Assembly (NCBI GenBank): GCA_017648235.1
Contig: JAGCIZ010000255.1
Coordinates: 1-27,723 of the forward strand
Length of the DNA stretch: 27,723 bases
Direction: 5' to 3'
Origin: Paludibacteraceae bacterium
Lineage (GTDB): Bacteria; Bacteroidota; Bacteroidia; Bacteroidales; Paludibacteraceae
Shown here one piece after another: positions 9,499 to 18,425 of the stretch (position 1 is its first letter; each line of letters begins with the position of its first letter). The position numbers and the translations under genes are program-made. Below the pieces are notes generated by a model that saw only the letters and a list, made by a program, of their open reading frames with translations, did no database searches and had not been told where the DNA came from.

Positions 9499-9756
9499 AT
9501 GGCTACTTTTGATAATATCGCTCAGGAAAAAAGCAAAGTAAAAGTCTGTGATCGCTGCCATCAGGAAGCGCCTTTAAAGACTATTCGAGTGAGGCGAATT
9601 GAACGAACTGATGGAGCTGCTTCTTGTGGTATGGTAACACTTCATTATTGCGAAGCATGCCTTTTAAAAAACAAGCAAAATGATAAAACAGCGGTTTTAC
9701 CTTCGAGTAAACAACTCAAAAATATGCTCCGTAGCGCCAAAAAAGGGCTTTTGTAA
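9499..9756 (+). CDS. Small putative zinc-binding protein
   Basis: AAGGAGG RBS; CDRC...CEAC double CxxC; basic C-terminus. Confidence 0.6.
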   Translation: MATFDNIAQEKSKVKVCDRCHQEAPLKTIRVRRIERTDGAASCGMVTLHYCEACLLKNKQNDKTAVLPSSKQLKNMLRSAKKGLL

Positions 9757-9819
9757 TTTTTTTTTAAATAAAAATCATTTTACTCCCTTTTCGTTAGAAA
9801 CGATTCATACTAAATTTGG

Positions 9820-9837
9820 GCGGTCTTTGTAGACCGC
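9820..9837 (+). promoter_or_regulatory. Hairpin upstream of sulP (weak terminator or 5' UTR stem)
   Basis: GCGGTCT-TTGT-AGACCGC followed by ATTTTCT, 23 nt before the sulP ATG. Confidence 0.4.
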
Positions 9838-9860
9838 ATTTTCTAAAGAAAAGGAATATT

Positions 9861-11777
9861 ATGTCAGAAAATAGTTTTCTTCATTCTTTCAAGAATTGGA
9901 TGAAGGATGTTTCCACTCAATGCACGCCAGAATCATTTCGTTGCCTTAAAAAAGGCTATTCGAAAGAAAATTTTATAAATGACTTAATGTCAGGGTTGAT
10001 TGTTGGTATTTTGGCGTTGCCTTTAGCGATTGCGTTTGCTATAGCGTCAGGTGTTGGGCCAGAAAAGGGGCTTTATACAGCTATTGTCGCTGGTTTTTTG
10101 ATTGCCGTTTTTGGTGGTTCTAGGTTCCAGATAGGCGGACCTACAGGTGCGTTTATTGTTATTGTATATGGCATAGTAGCAGAATATGGTTATGATGGTT
10201 TAGCGACAGCCACGCTTATGGCTGGCATTATGCTCATTATTTTTGGCTTAGCTAAATTCGGTGCAATTATTAAGTTTATCCCATTCCCGGTTACAGTTGG
10301 TTTTACTGCAGGTATCGCTATTATTATCGCATTAGGGCAAGTCCCGAATTTTTTTGGATTCACTTTTCCTGATGGCATTAAAGAACCTGCTGATGCAATA
10401 GGAAAAATCAAACTTTATTTCCAATCATTTGATACCATAAATTTTTACTCTGTTTTGATTGGTATTTTAGCTTTGGTAATTTGCATATTCTGGCCTAAAA
10501 TAACAAGTAAAGTTCCTGGTTCTTTGGTGGCGATTATTGTTTCAACTATTCTTGTTAAAGTTTTAGGCTGGGATGAATTGCATGGTGTAATGACCATTGG
10601 TTCAAAAAACGAAATTCCAACGGGTATTCCTATGCCGGCATTACCTAATATCAGTATTGATATGATGCAAAAGGTGTTCCAGCCAGCATTAACCATAGCC
10701 ATTCTTGGTGCTATTGAATCTTTACTTTCTGCAGTTGTTGCCGATGGTATGACTGGTACCAAACACCGTTCTAATACAGAATTAATTGGACAAGGTATTG
10801 CAAACGTATTCTCGCCAATTTTTGGTGGTATTCCAGCAACAGGAGCTATTGCACGTACTGCAACAAACATTCGTAATGGTGCTTTTAGTCCGGTTTCTGG
10901 CGTTGTACATGCGGTAATTCTCCTTTTGATTATGCTTATTTTTGGAAAATATGCAGAAATGATACCAATGGCTGCTTTGGCTGCAGTTCTTTTCCAAGTA
11001 GCTTTTAATATGTGTGGTTACAGAAATTTCATCAAGCTATTTAAATCGCCTAAAAGTGATGTTGCTGTTTTACTTGTGACCTTTATTTTAACAGTTGTTA
11101 TTGATTTGACAGTTGCTATTGAAGTTGGCGTTTTATTAGCAGCAATTTTATTTATCCGTCGTATGGCAGAAGTCGCTGAAGTAGACCAAATTTCTGCTGA
11201 ATTGCGTGAAGGCGACGAAGAAGTTTCTGACCCGAATAATATCGGAGCCCGCCAGGTTCCAGAAGGCGTTTTGGTTTATGAAATTGTGGGTTCTATGTTC
11301 TTTGGCGCAATAGAAAAGTTTAAAACCGCTTTAGATATGATGAACAGTCACCCTAAAATTCTGATTCTTAGAATGCGACAGGTCCCTTCTATTGATGCCG
11401 CTGGAATCCAGATGATAGAAAACCTTTTATCTCGTTGTAGAGCACAGAATACACAACTCTTGCTTTCGGGTGTACACGCTCAACCGATTGTAGCCCTTAC
11501 TCGAGCTGGCGTTTTAAAAGATTTAGGTGAAGAAAACGCACTTGCAGGAATTGATGCTGCTTTGAACAGAGCACGTGAATTGCTTGGCTTGCCTATTGTA
11601 GAAAGTGTGCGTGAAACGGTGCCAAGCGTTTCTTGGGAAAAGAATTTGCAACGCCCATGGTTACCGCAAAATGCAAATGTGAATGTTGCTGAAGAAACGC
11701 CAGAAGTTATTGTTGAAAAAATTTCTGATCCTGAATTTGTGAAAGAATTTGAAGCTTCTCGACAGAAAGAATCTTAA
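9861..11777 (+). CDS. sulP: SulP/SLC26 family anion permease with STAS domain
   Basis: DLMSGLIVGILALPLAIAFAIASG, GLYTAIVAG, QIGGPTGAF, ESLLSAVVADG, PATGAIART, STAS (MFFGA, ILRMRQVPSIDAAG). AAGGA RBS precedes ATG 9861. Confidence 0.92.
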   Translation: MSENSFLHSFKNWMKDVSTQCTPESFRCLKKGYSKENFINDLMSGLIVGILALPLAIAFAIASGVGPEKGLYTAIVAGFLIAVFGGSRFQIGGPTGAFIVIVYGIVAEYGYDGLATATLMAGIMLIIFGLAKFGAIIKFIPFPVTVGFTAGIAIIIALGQVPNFFGFTFPDGIKEPADAIGKIKLYFQSFDTINFYSVLIGILALVICIFWPKITSKVPGSLVAIIVSTILVKVLGWDELHGVMTIGSKNEIPTGIPMPALPNISIDMMQKVFQPALTIAILGAIESLLSAVVADGMTGTKHRSNTELIGQGIANVFSPIFGGIPATGAIARTATNIRNGAFSPVSGVVHAVILLLIMLIFGKYAEMIPMAALAAVLFQVAFNMCGYRNFIKLFKSPKSDVAVLLVTFILTVVIDLTVAIEVGVLLAAILFIRRMAEVAEVDQISAELREGDEEVSDPNNIGARQVPEGVLVYEIVGSMFFGAIEKFKTALDMMNSHPKILILRMRQVPSIDAAGIQMIENLLSRCRAQNTQLLLSGVHAQPIVALTRAGVLKDLGEENALAGIDAALNRARELLGLPIVESVRETVPSVSWEKNLQRPWLPQNANVNVAEETPEVIVEKISDPEFVKEFEASRQKES

Positions 11778-11794
11778 ACGATTTCTGTATTAAT

Positions 11795-11821
11795 GAAAAG
11801 TCCGCCTTCGGCGGACTTTTC
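11795..11821. terminator. Intrinsic terminator
   Basis: GAAAAGTCCGC-CTTCG-GCGGACTTTTC (cUUCGg loop) just after the sulP stop. Confidence 0.85.
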
Positions 11822-11875
11822 TTGTAGAAATAGCTTTTGTCGTTTCACTCCAACGCAAGTGACAAGAATTGTGAA

Positions 11876-12083
11876 CAAGAACCATTCGCAACAAGAATTG
11901 CTGGGCAAGTGCAAAAAAAAGATTGTTATCGCGAACATAGTGCGGCTTGTCATGGCGAGAGACTTTTAAGACGATGTGGCCATCTTGGTTTTTGTCATTA
12001 CGAGCGTAGCGAAGTAATCAAAAATAAGTGTTGCTTGCAAAGAGATTGCCACGCCGTGCTTTCTGCACGGCTCGCAATGACAA
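11876..12083. repeat. REP/BIME-like palindromic mosaic, copy 1
   Basis: Units TGTC-ATGGC..GCCAT (11948-11985), TGTC-ATTAC..GTAAT (11993-12018) and GAG-ATTGC..GCAAT-GACA (12042-12082). 11948-12049 is a close inverted copy of 18098-18203; 11876-11891 is the exact reverse complement of 17934-17949. Confidence 0.8.
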
Positions 12084-12174
12084 GAAGTGCAGGCAAGTTC
12101 TTTTGCGAGTGATAATGCAAAATAATATTTTCAAAAATTAAAGTACACTTAAAATTAAGTTGCAATAGCAAACA

Positions 12175-13620
12175 TTACTTTTTCAGGTAAGCCTCTTTTT
12201 TCAATTTGCGGAAATATTCAAATTGAGCTTTGGTTGAACTTTCCATTGTGTACTTTAAACTGCGCTCGTGCGCTGTTTTGCGCATATTCTCATAAGCATA
12301 AGAATCTTCTAAAAAGAGAGTTCTGCATTTTTCAAGAGCGTTTAACCAAGCTGTTTCATCAATAGGCAAAATAAAACCAGCTTGTTCATCCATCACAATA
12401 TCATGTGGGCCACCATAGTCACTAACAATAGCTGGAGTCCCAGTAGACATAGCTTCAACTACAACATTTCCAAATGTATCTGTCGTACTTGGGAAAAGGA
12501 AAAAATCAGAATCGGCATAAAGCCCAGCCAGAGTTTCGCCACCTTGTTCGCCAGCAAAATGGACACTAGGGTTTTCTTTGTGAAATTTTTGAATTTCTTC
12601 AAGATACCAGCCAAAACCGACATACATAAGTTCTACATCATCATATTTTTCAGAGAATTTTTTCCAGACACGGTTTAAAAATTCCAAGTTTTTTTCTTTA
12701 GAAATGCGGCCAATAAAAGAAAAGCGGACTTTGCGATTATTTTGCTCTACATTTTTTGAACCATTGAATTTTTCCCATGTTCCTTTGCCGCGGAGTTCTG
12801 GAGAAAATTTTTCAAGTGGCAAACCACGAGGTAAAATTTGTACTTGATTTTCAGGAACTTTTAATTGTGAAGTCAATATTTTGGCATAGTCATTACAAGG
12901 GCTAATTACTGGGCGCGCCATTCTATAAAAAACTTGCATAAGCCAAAGAACATAGCGATGCATCCATTTTGCTTTAACGAGTGTTTGCGTGTATGTTGGG
13001 ACATCTGTTCTGTAATGGCTGAAAACTTTTATGCCTGCCACTTTTGCACAAAGGCAAACAAGCCATGCACCAGGGCTAGGGGTTTCAAATTCAATCAAAT
13101 CAACCGGGTAGCGCCTAAGTAATCTTAAAACAGGTCCAATGCGAGGAATCGCAAGTTCACTATTGGCATACCCAAGTTGTTCCATGCTAAACATACGAGG
13201 TAGCAGTAAACAATAACCATTTTCAACTACACCGCAAGGGCGTGTATTAAAAGCATTCCCAGCAAGAAAGGCTTTCATACCATGAGCTCGCATATAAGGA
13301 ATAACATTTCTTAGGTTATTTGCAATGCCATTGGTTTCATCAAGATTATCAGAATAAAATAAAATGCGAACATCATCAATAGGGTGTTTTTTCCGTTCTT
13401 TTTTTAAGAAAAAGCGCAATTTTAAAAGTCTTGGCAAATTAAATAAAAGAGAACCAAAAACAACAGGTGGAATCATGCAAGTTCGCATATTACCAGGTGG
13501 CTGGTGTTTAAAACTTGGCATTTGTTTAAAAGTACTAGTCACTTCACGACCAAAGATTTCTGGTCGTGTGTCTAATGCGTCGCTTGGTTTAAGCTTTGTT
13601 GAATTTGACGCAATCGGCAT
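12175..13620 (-). CDS. Glycosyltransferase family 4 (GT-B)
   Basis: FIGRISKEKNL, FLFPSTTDTFGNVVVEAMSTGTPAIVSD; AAGGAG RBS. Confidence 0.9.
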   Translation of the reverse strand: MPIASNSTKLKPSDALDTRPEIFGREVTSTFKQMPSFKHQPPGNMRTCMIPPVVFGSLLFNLPRLLKLRFFLKKERKKHPIDDVRILFYSDNLDETNGIANNLRNVIPYMRAHGMKAFLAGNAFNTRPCGVVENGYCLLLPRMFSMEQLGYANSELAIPRIGPVLRLLRRYPVDLIEFETPSPGAWLVCLCAKVAGIKVFSHYRTDVPTYTQTLVKAKWMHRYVLWLMQVFYRMARPVISPCNDYAKILTSQLKVPENQVQILPRGLPLEKFSPELRGKGTWEKFNGSKNVEQNNRKVRFSFIGRISKEKNLEFLNRVWKKFSEKYDDVELMYVGFGWYLEEIQKFHKENPSVHFAGEQGGETLAGLYADSDFFLFPSTTDTFGNVVVEAMSTGTPAIVSDYGGPHDIVMDEQAGFILPIDETAWLNALEKCRTLFLEDSYAYENMRKTAHERSLKYTMESSTKAQFEYFRKLKKEAYLKK

Positions 13621-14377
13621 ATTTCACTCCTTTTCCACCGAATAAATCTAAAGCAGATCCGATGGTGAGGTCGATAGTTCCGTTAGAAATTTTTTTGCAA
13701 TGTTCTAAATCTGCAAGAGAAGAAGCGCCGCCTGCATAAGTGCAAGGGATCTTTGAATGAGCAGCAAGGAACATAATAAGTTCGTCATCCATGCCTTGTT
13801 GTTTGCCTTCGACATCAGCAGCATGAATTAAAAACTCATCGCAATATTCTGAAAGGTTGTTAAGCGTTTCTTTTGAAATTTCAATATCAATAAGAGTTTG
13901 CCAACGATTGGTTGCTATTTTCCAACGAGGTGTTGTATTTAAAGACAAATCCGAAGGCATAAAGCGTTTACAACTTAAATCTAAAACTAAATGTTCTTTA
14001 CCAACAGTCTTTGCTAAAAGTTCTAAACGATTAAAGTCGAGGTTCCCATCAGGAAAAATCCAACTTGTGACAATGACATGAGAAGCGCCTGCTTCTAAAT
14101 ACTCTAAAGCATTATAGGCAGTAATGCCACCGCCAATTTGAAGCCCATTAGGGTATGCCAAAAGAGCTTCTTTAGCAGCCTTTTCGTTCCCTTTCCCAAG
14201 CATAATCACATGGCCACCACGCAAGCCATCTTTTTTATACAACTCTGCAAACCAAGCCGGCGAGCGATCGGTTTCAAAATTGGTTTTAAGCCCTTCACCA
14301 TTATCAGAAAGAGAACTACCGACAATTTGTTTCACACGGCCATCATGTAAATCAATGCAAGGTCTAAATAAAGTCAT
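13589..14377 (-). CDS. hisA: ProFAR isomerase HisA, eukaryotic (His6-like) type
   Basis: FRPCIDLHDGRVKQIVG, GGHVIMLG, LQIGGGI, LVLDLSC, LIHAADVEGKQQGMD, TYAGG, DLTIGSALDLFGG. Start at MTLF (14377) gives an ATGA overlap with the upstream gene. Confidence 0.9.
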   Translation of the reverse strand: MTLFRPCIDLHDGRVKQIVGSSLSDNGEGLKTNFETDRSPAWFAELYKKDGLRGGHVIMLGKGNEKAAKEALLAYPNGLQIGGGITAYNALEYLEAGASHVIVTSWIFPDGNLDFNRLELLAKTVGKEHLVLDLSCKRFMPSDLSLNTTPRWKIATNRWQTLIDIEISKETLNNLSEYCDEFLIHAADVEGKQQGMDDELIMFLAAHSKIPCTYAGGASSLADLEHCKKISNGTIDLTIGSALDLFGGKGVKYADCVKFNKA

Positions 14378-15399
14378 AATCCAGAAACACTCCAATCAAT
14401 GATTTTATTTTCGGCATTTTTATTTTGACCGCGATAGAAAAAAGGTTCGCCACCCATTAAAACCTTAACCGCTTTTTTAGCAAGCCAACCATCAAAATTA
14501 TTCAATAGCGAAAATTTCTGTTGAGGTTTATTAGCATTAATAGTAGTAACAGAAGAATCACTCCATAAAATGTCTAAAGCATTTTTAGGAAATTTTTCTC
14601 CATCATAATCTTTTTTATCGACAGAAATTTTTAATGGCTTTAAAATTTCAACATTGTCATTTTTATAAGAAACAGCATAACCAAACAATTTTCCATTTTC
14701 AGCAATGCCAATTTTTCCACTAAATGGTTTAGACGAATTGCGCGTAGCAAAAGAAATCACTCTTTTAGCGATATCAGTTGCTTGAGCCGTTTGGAAAGAA
14801 TGCTCCATCATTGCATAACCTTTAACTTCTAAAGTATCAGAATTATAGGCGATTTTTCCAGAAACTCTTCCATAAGGAATGTGAATAAATTGGGTAAATT
14901 TATCATTTCCTAAAGATTCAGAATTATTAGCTGGCACAAACCCTTTTTTAGCCGATTCAAAAGTTAAATCTAACAAGAAATCACCATTTTTAGAAGTAGA
15001 AAAGAAAACTCTATGGCCTTTGCCAGGCAAGTTCTCTAAAATGTATTCTTCTTTAATTGTAATGCGGTCTTTTTCTTTTTGGGCAATAAGGCGTTCTTTT
15101 GGGTATTGTCTCCCGACAGAATACGATTTCCCGTTAAAATTCCAGAATGCAAGATCGCAGCCAATTTTTCTGCCAGAAGCCGGAATATGCAAAGAAGCAA
15201 TATTCATAAAAGCTTTAGTACCGTTGTCAAAAACAAATTGATAAGACCAAGTTTCATTAAACTTTTCGGTAGTTGGATTATGAGGGAAAAAATCTGTTTT
15301 TGCAATGCTTTTTCCAGATTCGGCAAAAACTTGCGCTGCACTAAACATTAGCATGACAAGCGTTAGCAAAATTTTTGTTTGGAAAAAGATTTTATTCAT
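14374..15399 (-). CDS. Secreted hypothetical protein, possibly lipocalin-like (AttH/CrtC-like) beta fold
   Basis: Signal peptide (MNKIFF...AQVFA); ETWSYQFVFDNG, GKIAY...EVKGYAMMEH. Fold call is weak. Confidence 0.55.
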   Translation of the reverse strand: MNKIFFQTKILLTLVMLMFSAAQVFAESGKSIAKTDFFPHNPTTEKFNETWSYQFVFDNGTKAFMNIASLHIPASGRKIGCDLAFWNFNGKSYSVGRQYPKERLIAQKEKDRITIKEEYILENLPGKGHRVFFSTSKNGDFLLDLTFESAKKGFVPANNSESLGNDKFTQFIHIPYGRVSGKIAYNSDTLEVKGYAMMEHSFQTAQATDIAKRVISFATRNSSKPFSGKIGIAENGKLFGYAVSYKNDNVEILKPLKISVDKKDYDGEKFPKNALDILWSDSSVTTINANKPQQKFSLLNNFDGWLAKKAVKVLMGGEPFFYRGQNKNAENKIIDWSVSGL

Positions 15400-15439
15400 A
15401 CAAAAAAAATAGAAAAAATCATTTTCCAAAAAATAGAAA

Positions 15440-15820
15440 TCACATTAGAAGTTTGATTTTTTGTTCTATTTCTTGAATGATTTCACAAAAGAATTTATCT
15501 GATTTTCCAGTAGGGTCTTCTAGGCCCCAATTTTCATCAAATTCTTTCCCTACATAAGGACATTGGACTTCACACCCCATAGAAATAATAATATCGGGTT
15601 CAGGAATTTTATCCATAGTCTTACTATACTGAGACTCTTCCATATCTATGCCATAGATAGCTTTTACAAGTCTTACAGCATCTTGGTTTATTTTCTCTTT
15701 AGTCTCTGAACCCGCCGAATAAACATCAAATTTGTCTTTTAAGAAAAGCTTCCCAAGAGCTTCAGCAATCTGGCTCCGGCAAGAATTATGGACACAAACA
15801 AAAGCAATTTTTTTCTTCAT
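15440..15820 (-). CDS. arsC: Arsenate reductase / LMW-PTP family
   Basis: FVCVHNSCRSQIAEA P-loop, SAGS, MGCEVQCP, WGLEDP. Confidence 0.85.
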   Translation of the reverse strand: MKKKIAFVCVHNSCRSQIAEALGKLFLKDKFDVYSAGSETKEKINQDAVRLVKAIYGIDMEESQYSKTMDKIPEPDIIISMGCEVQCPYVGKEFDENWGLEDPTGKSDKFFCEIIQEIEQKIKLLM

Positions 15821-15822
15821 AT

Positions 15823-17763
15823 TTATTTAATAAAAACCTTGTGAAAGTCTAAAGAATTTTTTGTTTTAAAACGAATGATATAATAGCTTTTTTCTAAATC
15901 CTTAATGTTTATAATTTCTGTTTTATTTAAAGAATTTATTTTACTATAAAGTTCTTGTCCTAAACAATTAAAAATTTCAAAACTTAAAGATTCTTGAGTT
16001 GGATTTTGAATCACCAAATTTCCATTTTCAATAGAAACAAGTGGGCGATTTTGTTTCATTTCATTTATTTTGGTGCTATTTTTTTGCGAAAGAAGAATCG
16101 CAGTAATTGATTTTGCAGGAAGTTCTAAACTCAACTTATTATCAGTTAAAGTCGCGCTCCCTTTTTTCAGAGCATTATCTGCTTTAGAAACAAAAGTCTC
16201 TTTAGTAAGGCCTGAAAGTAAAAGAGTGGGGTAATCTTGCGAGGTAAAATCAACATTATCAAAATTCAAATTCACTTTTTGCGCATCATTTTCAGAACGA
16301 TTCACCAAAATAACAGTTAAAGAATCAGAATTCTTGTTAATAGTAGTATAAGCAGAAACCAAAGAATCATTAGAAGAAACATCATTAACGCTGAATTCTT
16401 TAGAATAATTACTAAACAAATGAATCACTTCGTACATTCCTTCTCTCCACGTCCAAGGCGTAAAAATTTCAACCTCATTTTCCATAAACGTTCCCATATA
16501 AGAAGCATAAACAATAGCACGAGTCATCACATCCATTTTATCAATAAAATCAGTTTCAGTAAACGCTAAAGTAACTCCATGGTCTTTCCCAAAATATTTT
16601 TCAAGCCAGTCATTAATACGTTTAAAAATGTATTCTTTTGTAATAGAATTATCCCATTTTGCATTTTCGTTAGCTCTTTTAATACCATTAGCCCCAGGAT
16701 AATTGTAAGTCGTATCAAAGAAAACTCTATGCCAGTTAATCCAATGTTCATAAGTTGTTTCTGTCGGATACCAATGAATATCCAAAACATCAAGAAGTTT
16801 CATGCCGGCTTTTTTTTCTTCTTCAGCCATACGTTTAATAAAATATTCAAGCCAACAATAACGAATCGTTCCATCTGTAGCCACATCTTCTTTTAGTTCG
16901 CCTGCGTCATTATAATAACGCAAATTACACCATTGCCATTCATTTGCTGCCACTGGCCCAGTAAGTTTAATATCAGGGAAAATCGCTTTTGCTTTTTTGG
17001 CGACAGCCACATAGTTTTGGATAATTCGTTCAGGCGTTTCTAAAGACCCATAAGTATAACTCAAAGGTAAATCACTATGTGTCGTAGGCCAAATTTCAGG
17101 TTCATTATCCATGCTCCAATATTGCAAACGACTCATATCGTATTTCAGATTACTCTTCCAATGTTCCACAATCCCCACAGTAGAATCAGCTGGCCATTCT
17201 TCTAAATAAAGTCTATAATCTCCCTCCTTAATCAAGTTCCCGCTACCATCAACTTCGCCACCGCCAGCCAAATCCAGATTCTGCGGAGCATTTTGTCCGT
17301 ATTGTTGCTTATAATCCCAATCTGCAAAATTATAATCCAAAGATTTCGCCACAAACCCAGTCAATTGAAACCCATACATAGCGCTAGTATTAGGCATATA
17401 ATCAAGAATCTTTTTTGCAGACAAATCCCAATTATGATAATAAACGTTATTATAATAATCCGGGTGACTTGACATATTCTTTCGCCAATTATGTTTAGTC
17501 GAATTATTCCCTTGATTCATGCGCAAAAACCGAATCCCGGCCTCGCGATAACGTTCCATATTCACAAGTTCTTCAGCAGAAACAGAATCATTATTATCCA
17601 AAAGTTCGCCACCATAGCCCGCGTACACATTCCTACCATAAATAAAAGGCGAAACCGGTTTACGCAAAGAATTAGCATCTATAGAAATATCAACATCTGC
17701 AAATGACAAACCAAAACCAGCCAAAAGCAAAATTGCAGAAAGCGAAAAATCAAACGATTTCAT
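15823..17763 (-). CDS. Glycoside hydrolase family 44 with Por/T9SS-like C-terminal sorting domain
   Basis: Signal peptide; ISIDAN..RKPVSPFIYGRN, GNNSTKHNW, MDNEP (acid/base), LDVLDIHWYP, AFTE (nucleophile); tail FEIFNCLGQEL...YYIIR...KVFIK. Confidence 0.85.
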   Translation of the reverse strand: MKSFDFSLSAILLLAGFGLSFADVDISIDANSLRKPVSPFIYGRNVYAGYGGELLDNNDSVSAEELVNMERYREAGIRFLRMNQGNNSTKHNWRKNMSSHPDYYNNVYYHNWDLSAKKILDYMPNTSAMYGFQLTGFVAKSLDYNFADWDYKQQYGQNAPQNLDLAGGGEVDGSGNLIKEGDYRLYLEEWPADSTVGIVEHWKSNLKYDMSRLQYWSMDNEPEIWPTTHSDLPLSYTYGSLETPERIIQNYVAVAKKAKAIFPDIKLTGPVAANEWQWCNLRYYNDAGELKEDVATDGTIRYCWLEYFIKRMAEEEKKAGMKLLDVLDIHWYPTETTYEHWINWHRVFFDTTYNYPGANGIKRANENAKWDNSITKEYIFKRINDWLEKYFGKDHGVTLAFTETDFIDKMDVMTRAIVYASYMGTFMENEVEIFTPWTWREGMYEVIHLFSNYSKEFSVNDVSSNDSLVSAYTTINKNSDSLTVILVNRSENDAQKVNLNFDNVDFTSQDYPTLLLSGLTKETFVSKADNALKKGSATLTDNKLSLELPAKSITAILLSQKNSTKINEMKQNRPLVSIENGNLVIQNPTQESLSFEIFNCLGQELYSKINSLNKTEIINIKDLEKSYYIIRFKTKNSLDFHKVFIK

Positions 17764-17904
17764 AAAACACCCTATTTTAAAACCCTACAAACACAAAATA
17801 TACACTAAAAAAAATGCAAAAAAACTTACAAAAAGATGTCTCATAAGGAAAGGTGATTTTTGCGTTGCAAAAATCGTCGACAAACCTTTTTATTACAAAC
17901 AAAT

Positions 17905-18270
17905 ACTTGCCCACGAATCTTGCTCATAGCTTCTTGCGAATGGTTCTTGCTCGCGGCTTCTTGCCACTTGCACACAAGTTGTCATTGCGCGCCGTGTAGA
18001 ATACACGGCGCGGCAATCTCCTTACCAGTAGATCGCCACACTGCGTTCGCGATGAGAATCCTTAACTTGTCACTCGCGATGGAACGTAGTGACAGAAGCA
18101 ATCTCATTGCAAGCAACACTTGTTTTTGGATTACTTCGCTACGCTCGTAATGACAAAAAAAACAAGATGGCCGCGTCGTCTTAAAAGACTCCTCGCCATG
18201 ACAACCCTACACTTGCCACAAGCTTCTTGTCATTGCGATGGAACGTAGTGACAGAAGCAATCTCATCGCA
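17905..18270. repeat. REP/BIME-like palindromic mosaic, copy 2 (six units)
   Basis: Units at ~17980-18020, 18030-18058, 18067-18108, 18129-18155, 18165-18203 and 18227-18266. Exact 32-bp direct repeat at 18076-18107 and 18235-18266. Confidence 0.8.
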
Positions 18271-18425
18271 ATTTCCGGCACAAGTTCTGTAAACATTCTT
18301 TTGCAAAATTTTATGATCATAATTCCTTTGCTTAAGCGTTTATACAAATAGAAACCTTGCTTTGTCTTTAAAGCAAAGTTCCGCCTTTTTTTATATGAAA
18401 CTTTAACCTTAAACAAAAAACGCTT

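Noticed and set aside
11590-11777. ~60-aa C-terminal extension after the SulP STAS domain as a novel domain
   Set aside because: It looks like a low-complexity acidic tail, and variable tails are common in SulP proteins.
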